From the NCBI GenBank assembly GCA_965197475.1, contig CBDANF010000003.1, positions 480,001-544,000 on the forward strand: a DNA stretch of 64,000 nt, in the 5' to 3' direction. This document shows, piece after piece, positions 61,641 to 64,000 of the stretch. The notes below the pieces were generated by a model. That model worked only from the letters and a program-made list of their open reading frames with translations. It made no database searches and was not told the DNA's origin. Both the position numbers and the translations under genes were made by a program. Source of the stretch: Candidatus Poribacteria bacterium (GTDB lineage Bacteria; Poribacteria; WGA-4E; WGA-3G). Within the stretch, counting starts at the first letter, position 1; every line of letters begins with the position of its first letter.

Positions 61641-62506
61641 TTAAGGTGCTTCCCAATCCGACGATAGAAATAGGTGAGTTGTGGACTTTTTTACTTGTTT
61701 CTTTAATTCTTTCCAAAAGGCACCATATTGTTCCATGAATTCTGGATATTCGGGCAAACTTTTCACTTTCTTCTCATGGCCAGGTTGTTCTGCATGGCAA
61801 CCAATGCAGAGTGCCCTTAGATCTTCTGGTTGATTATGCTGAGTGCCTCTTATATGGTGAGCATGGAGAAATTTACGTTGAGGTTTTAAATTTAAGGGTA
61901 TACTACATTCTTCACATTTCCATTCTGCCCTTTCGCGACACTGTAGTGAGAGCAAACGCCATTCTGGTGGGTAATTTGAAGCAGGACCTGTTGTTGGAGT
62001 AGTCCTGGGTCCATAGATTCCATCTCTTGGAGGCGGCTCATAACCATCATCAATCGCATTAAACCAGTCCGTTAAGGGGAAAGCATCGGGGGCATAGAGA
62101 TACCTCATATTTAGTTTCCACAGACAGTTTTTGCAGATGTCTAGTCGATGTGTCTCTGGTTCATCGCGTAAAAGATTATCGGCGAAATTGAGGAGGAACT
62201 CTCCATCTGTCCGTCGTGTGACGACGTAGCGTTTATATTTCCCTTACTTCGCATATCTGAAAGTGTGTGACAGCCTACAACATGGTATTTAGGTAAATGA
62301 CCTTTCACATCCCTGATATAGAGAACTACCTTTCGACCCTGATATTCAAGAGTCCCGTCGAGAGCGACTTCAACATCATCAGATCCTACCGTGATACCAG
62401 GTCCTGTCATTAATTTTTTTTCTGTGCCAACGAATGGTTGGAATGGCACTCCCATTCGCTTGAGCAGATCATCTAAATCCGGAAAATCTTTTGGCAACTT
62501 GTTCAA
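61641..62506 (-). CDS. zorE: ZorE-like HNH endonuclease split by a -1 frameshift at 62237-62243
   Basis: Joined frame reads LYIRD..LPKYH...C.TL.DMRSKGKYKRYVVTRRTDGEF...ICKNCL...CEEC...LHAHH....HN..EDL.ALC..CH; follows zorB. Confidence 0.72.
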
Positions 62507-63282
62507 TTAACTACCTCCGATTTATTAAATCGTTTCATAAGCTCTTCAATTTCTTTGATAAGTTTCTCGGATTTTGTGACAACCCGAAACTCAACGCGAC
62601 GAGATTCTGTTTTGTTCTCTTTTCCAGTCGAACTTAAAATGAGTTGGCTGGAAGACAATCCATTGGCTGTCAAATTCTTTTTAATCCACTCTTTATTCTG
62701 AGTAATTTTCAGATGTCTGATTCCAAGCACATATCGGAGCACATTTCGGGATCGATTCTGTGATAACTCCATATTATTAAAATAAGCTTGATCAGACATA
62801 ATTTCGTGATGCCATTCACTTGAGGTATGACCTTCAATGCGGATTTCGGCAATTCCGTCTCTATATTCAGGTTTGGTTAAGATTGTAATATACCGAGGAA
62901 AGAAATCGCGTAAGACGTTTTTAAAGGCATTTGGGACAGCGGCATCCCCTTGTGAAAAAGGTTTCTTAAAACGGATAGATAGAGTTTCCATATCCAGATG
63001 CCCGCGCCACACAGTCCTAAACTGTGTCTTTTTGGTGATATTTCCTTCAAATTCTGCGCGCAACTCTTTGTACAAAGCTGCTTGTAAATTTTTGTAAGCG
63101 TCAAGAAGTTCTTCAACTTCATTTTTATAGACTATAATCTCATCTGCTTTGAGACGAACATTCAACATGTAACTAATAGAAATAAAGAGGAATATAACCA
63201 TTAATCCGGCCATTACATCAGATATAGAAACCCAATGTTCTTCAGTTTCTTGCTCTTTTGTCCCAAAAAAGTTTTCTAACAC
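62503..63282 (-). CDS. zorB: Zorya ZorB (MotB/OmpA-like)
   Basis: WVSISDVMAGLMVIFLFI TM with conserved Asp; IRIEGHTSSEW, NMELSQNR, ANGLSSS, SRRVEFR. Confidence 0.88.
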   Translation of the reverse strand: MLENFFGTKEQETEEHWVSISDVMAGLMVIFLFISISYMLNVRLKADEIIVYKNEVEELLDAYKNLQAALYKELRAEFEGNITKKTQFRTVWRGHLDMETLSIRFKKPFSQGDAAVPNAFKNVLRDFFPRYITILTKPEYRDGIAEIRIEGHTSSEWHHEIMSDQAYFNNMELSQNRSRNVLRYVLGIRHLKITQNKEWIKKNLTANGLSSSQLILSSTGKENKTESRRVEFRVVTKSEKLIKEIEELMKRFNKSEVVN

Positions 63283-63285
63283 CTG

Positions 63286-63999
63286 TTAAATCCTTTTGCT
63301 AAGTACTTGCTGGCTTGCATTTACAAATTGTGTTAGTGCAGTAAGTACTTGGGTATAAGGCCCGACTAACTCAGTATAATTACTAACAAAGCCGTTAGAA
63401 AGACTTTCAAAGTGCCCTGCTAATGTTTGTAAAGATTTTGTCAGTTCTCGCTCAAGTGATATATCCAAGGCTTTTATTCTTTCCTGAAAAGCACTATGCA
63501 GAGTGTTTACATGCTTTTCTACTTCTTCCTTGTTCCTTTCAACAAGGTTCTTTAGATCTAAGGCAATCTCACTAACGGTATTTTCAAGTTCATCTGTTTG
63601 TCTTTTCAGTTCCGCACGTTGCGTTTCCATACTTTTATGTGAATCATCAATTGTTTGCTGAACGACATCTGAAAGGTGGACTGTGAGATCATTTAGACGT
63701 TTTTCAATAATTGGAAACGCGTCATGTGCTTTCCTACGTAATTCGCTAAATGCTTCCAGCTGGGCATTTAAGGTGTGTAGAAGAGGTTCCATATCTTCAG
63801 CACAAACAACAATGCTGGAACTTTTCTCTGCAATTTCACTTGATGCTTCGGCTATCTGTTCCATAGATACGCGAGATTGCTCAATGCTTTCTGCAGCAAT
63901 TCGAAATTCGGAAGCAAGTTCATCCATCTGTTGACGATATTGTTCCTGCCATTCTACAGTTTTCCCAACAGCCTCGTTTAACTGTTTAAAGTTTTCACC
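63286..63999 (-). CDS. zorA: Zorya ZorA, C-terminal helical tail (runs off window end)
   Basis: Frame open to the window edge: GENFKQLNEAVGKTVEWQEQY...; coiled coil ending ELTKSL..L...F...Y; directly upstream of zorB. Confidence 0.82.
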   Translation of the reverse strand, partial: GENFKQLNEAVGKTVEWQEQYRQQMDELASEFRIAAESIEQSRVSMEQIAEASSEIAEKSSSIVVCAEDMEPLLHTLNAQLEAFSELRRKAHDAFPIIEKRLNDLTVHLSDVVQQTIDDSHKSMETQRAELKRQTDELENTVSEIALDLKNLVERNKEEVEKHVNTLHSAFQERIKALDISLERELTKSLQTLAGHFESLSNGFVSNYTELVGPYTQVLTALTQFVNASQQVLSKRI

Positions 64000-64000
64000 A

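Noticed and set aside
62503-64000. Flagellar motAB
   Set aside because: The long ZorA-type coiled tail, the EGHTSSEW motif and the coupled HNH gene indicate Zorya; no flagellar genes nearby.
1-64000. tRNA/rRNA genes
   Set aside because: No cloverleaf or rRNA-like sequence was recognised by eye; tRNAscan or Infernal would be needed to exclude them.

Overview
Bacterial window, most likely a sponge-symbiont Candidatus Poribacteria-like genome. This is inferred from the tandem WD40 genes, the dockerin/CTD 'LLPNYPNPFNPETWIPYQL' tail and the 'AVEPxxRLTTVWGKLK' tails. It opens with an array of at least 5 WD40 beta-propeller paralogues. The middle holds housekeeping and metabolic genes (cysM, moaB, kdgK, msrB, gldFG-like ABC, ClpX-like, larB, alaS, recX, sulfatase), one DDE transposase, and several families of nested MITE/REP elements with readable target-site duplications. 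A NucS/wHTH/DUF2283/methylase cluster sits near 30-33 kb. The window ends in a Zorya type II-like defence operon whose HNH gene is split at a canonical -1 slippery heptamer. The top candidate for an undescribed system is a 2.0-kb element (21019-23022) bounded by perfect 13-bp terminal inverted repeats. It has no DDE transposase and no clear TSD, and encodes two coupled DUF1670 paralogues with a tyrosine-recombinase-like H-S-x5-R-Y tail. It also carries a near-consensus internal promoter that would drive a ~110-125 nt multi-hairpin RNA. All calls are by eye; no database searches were run.
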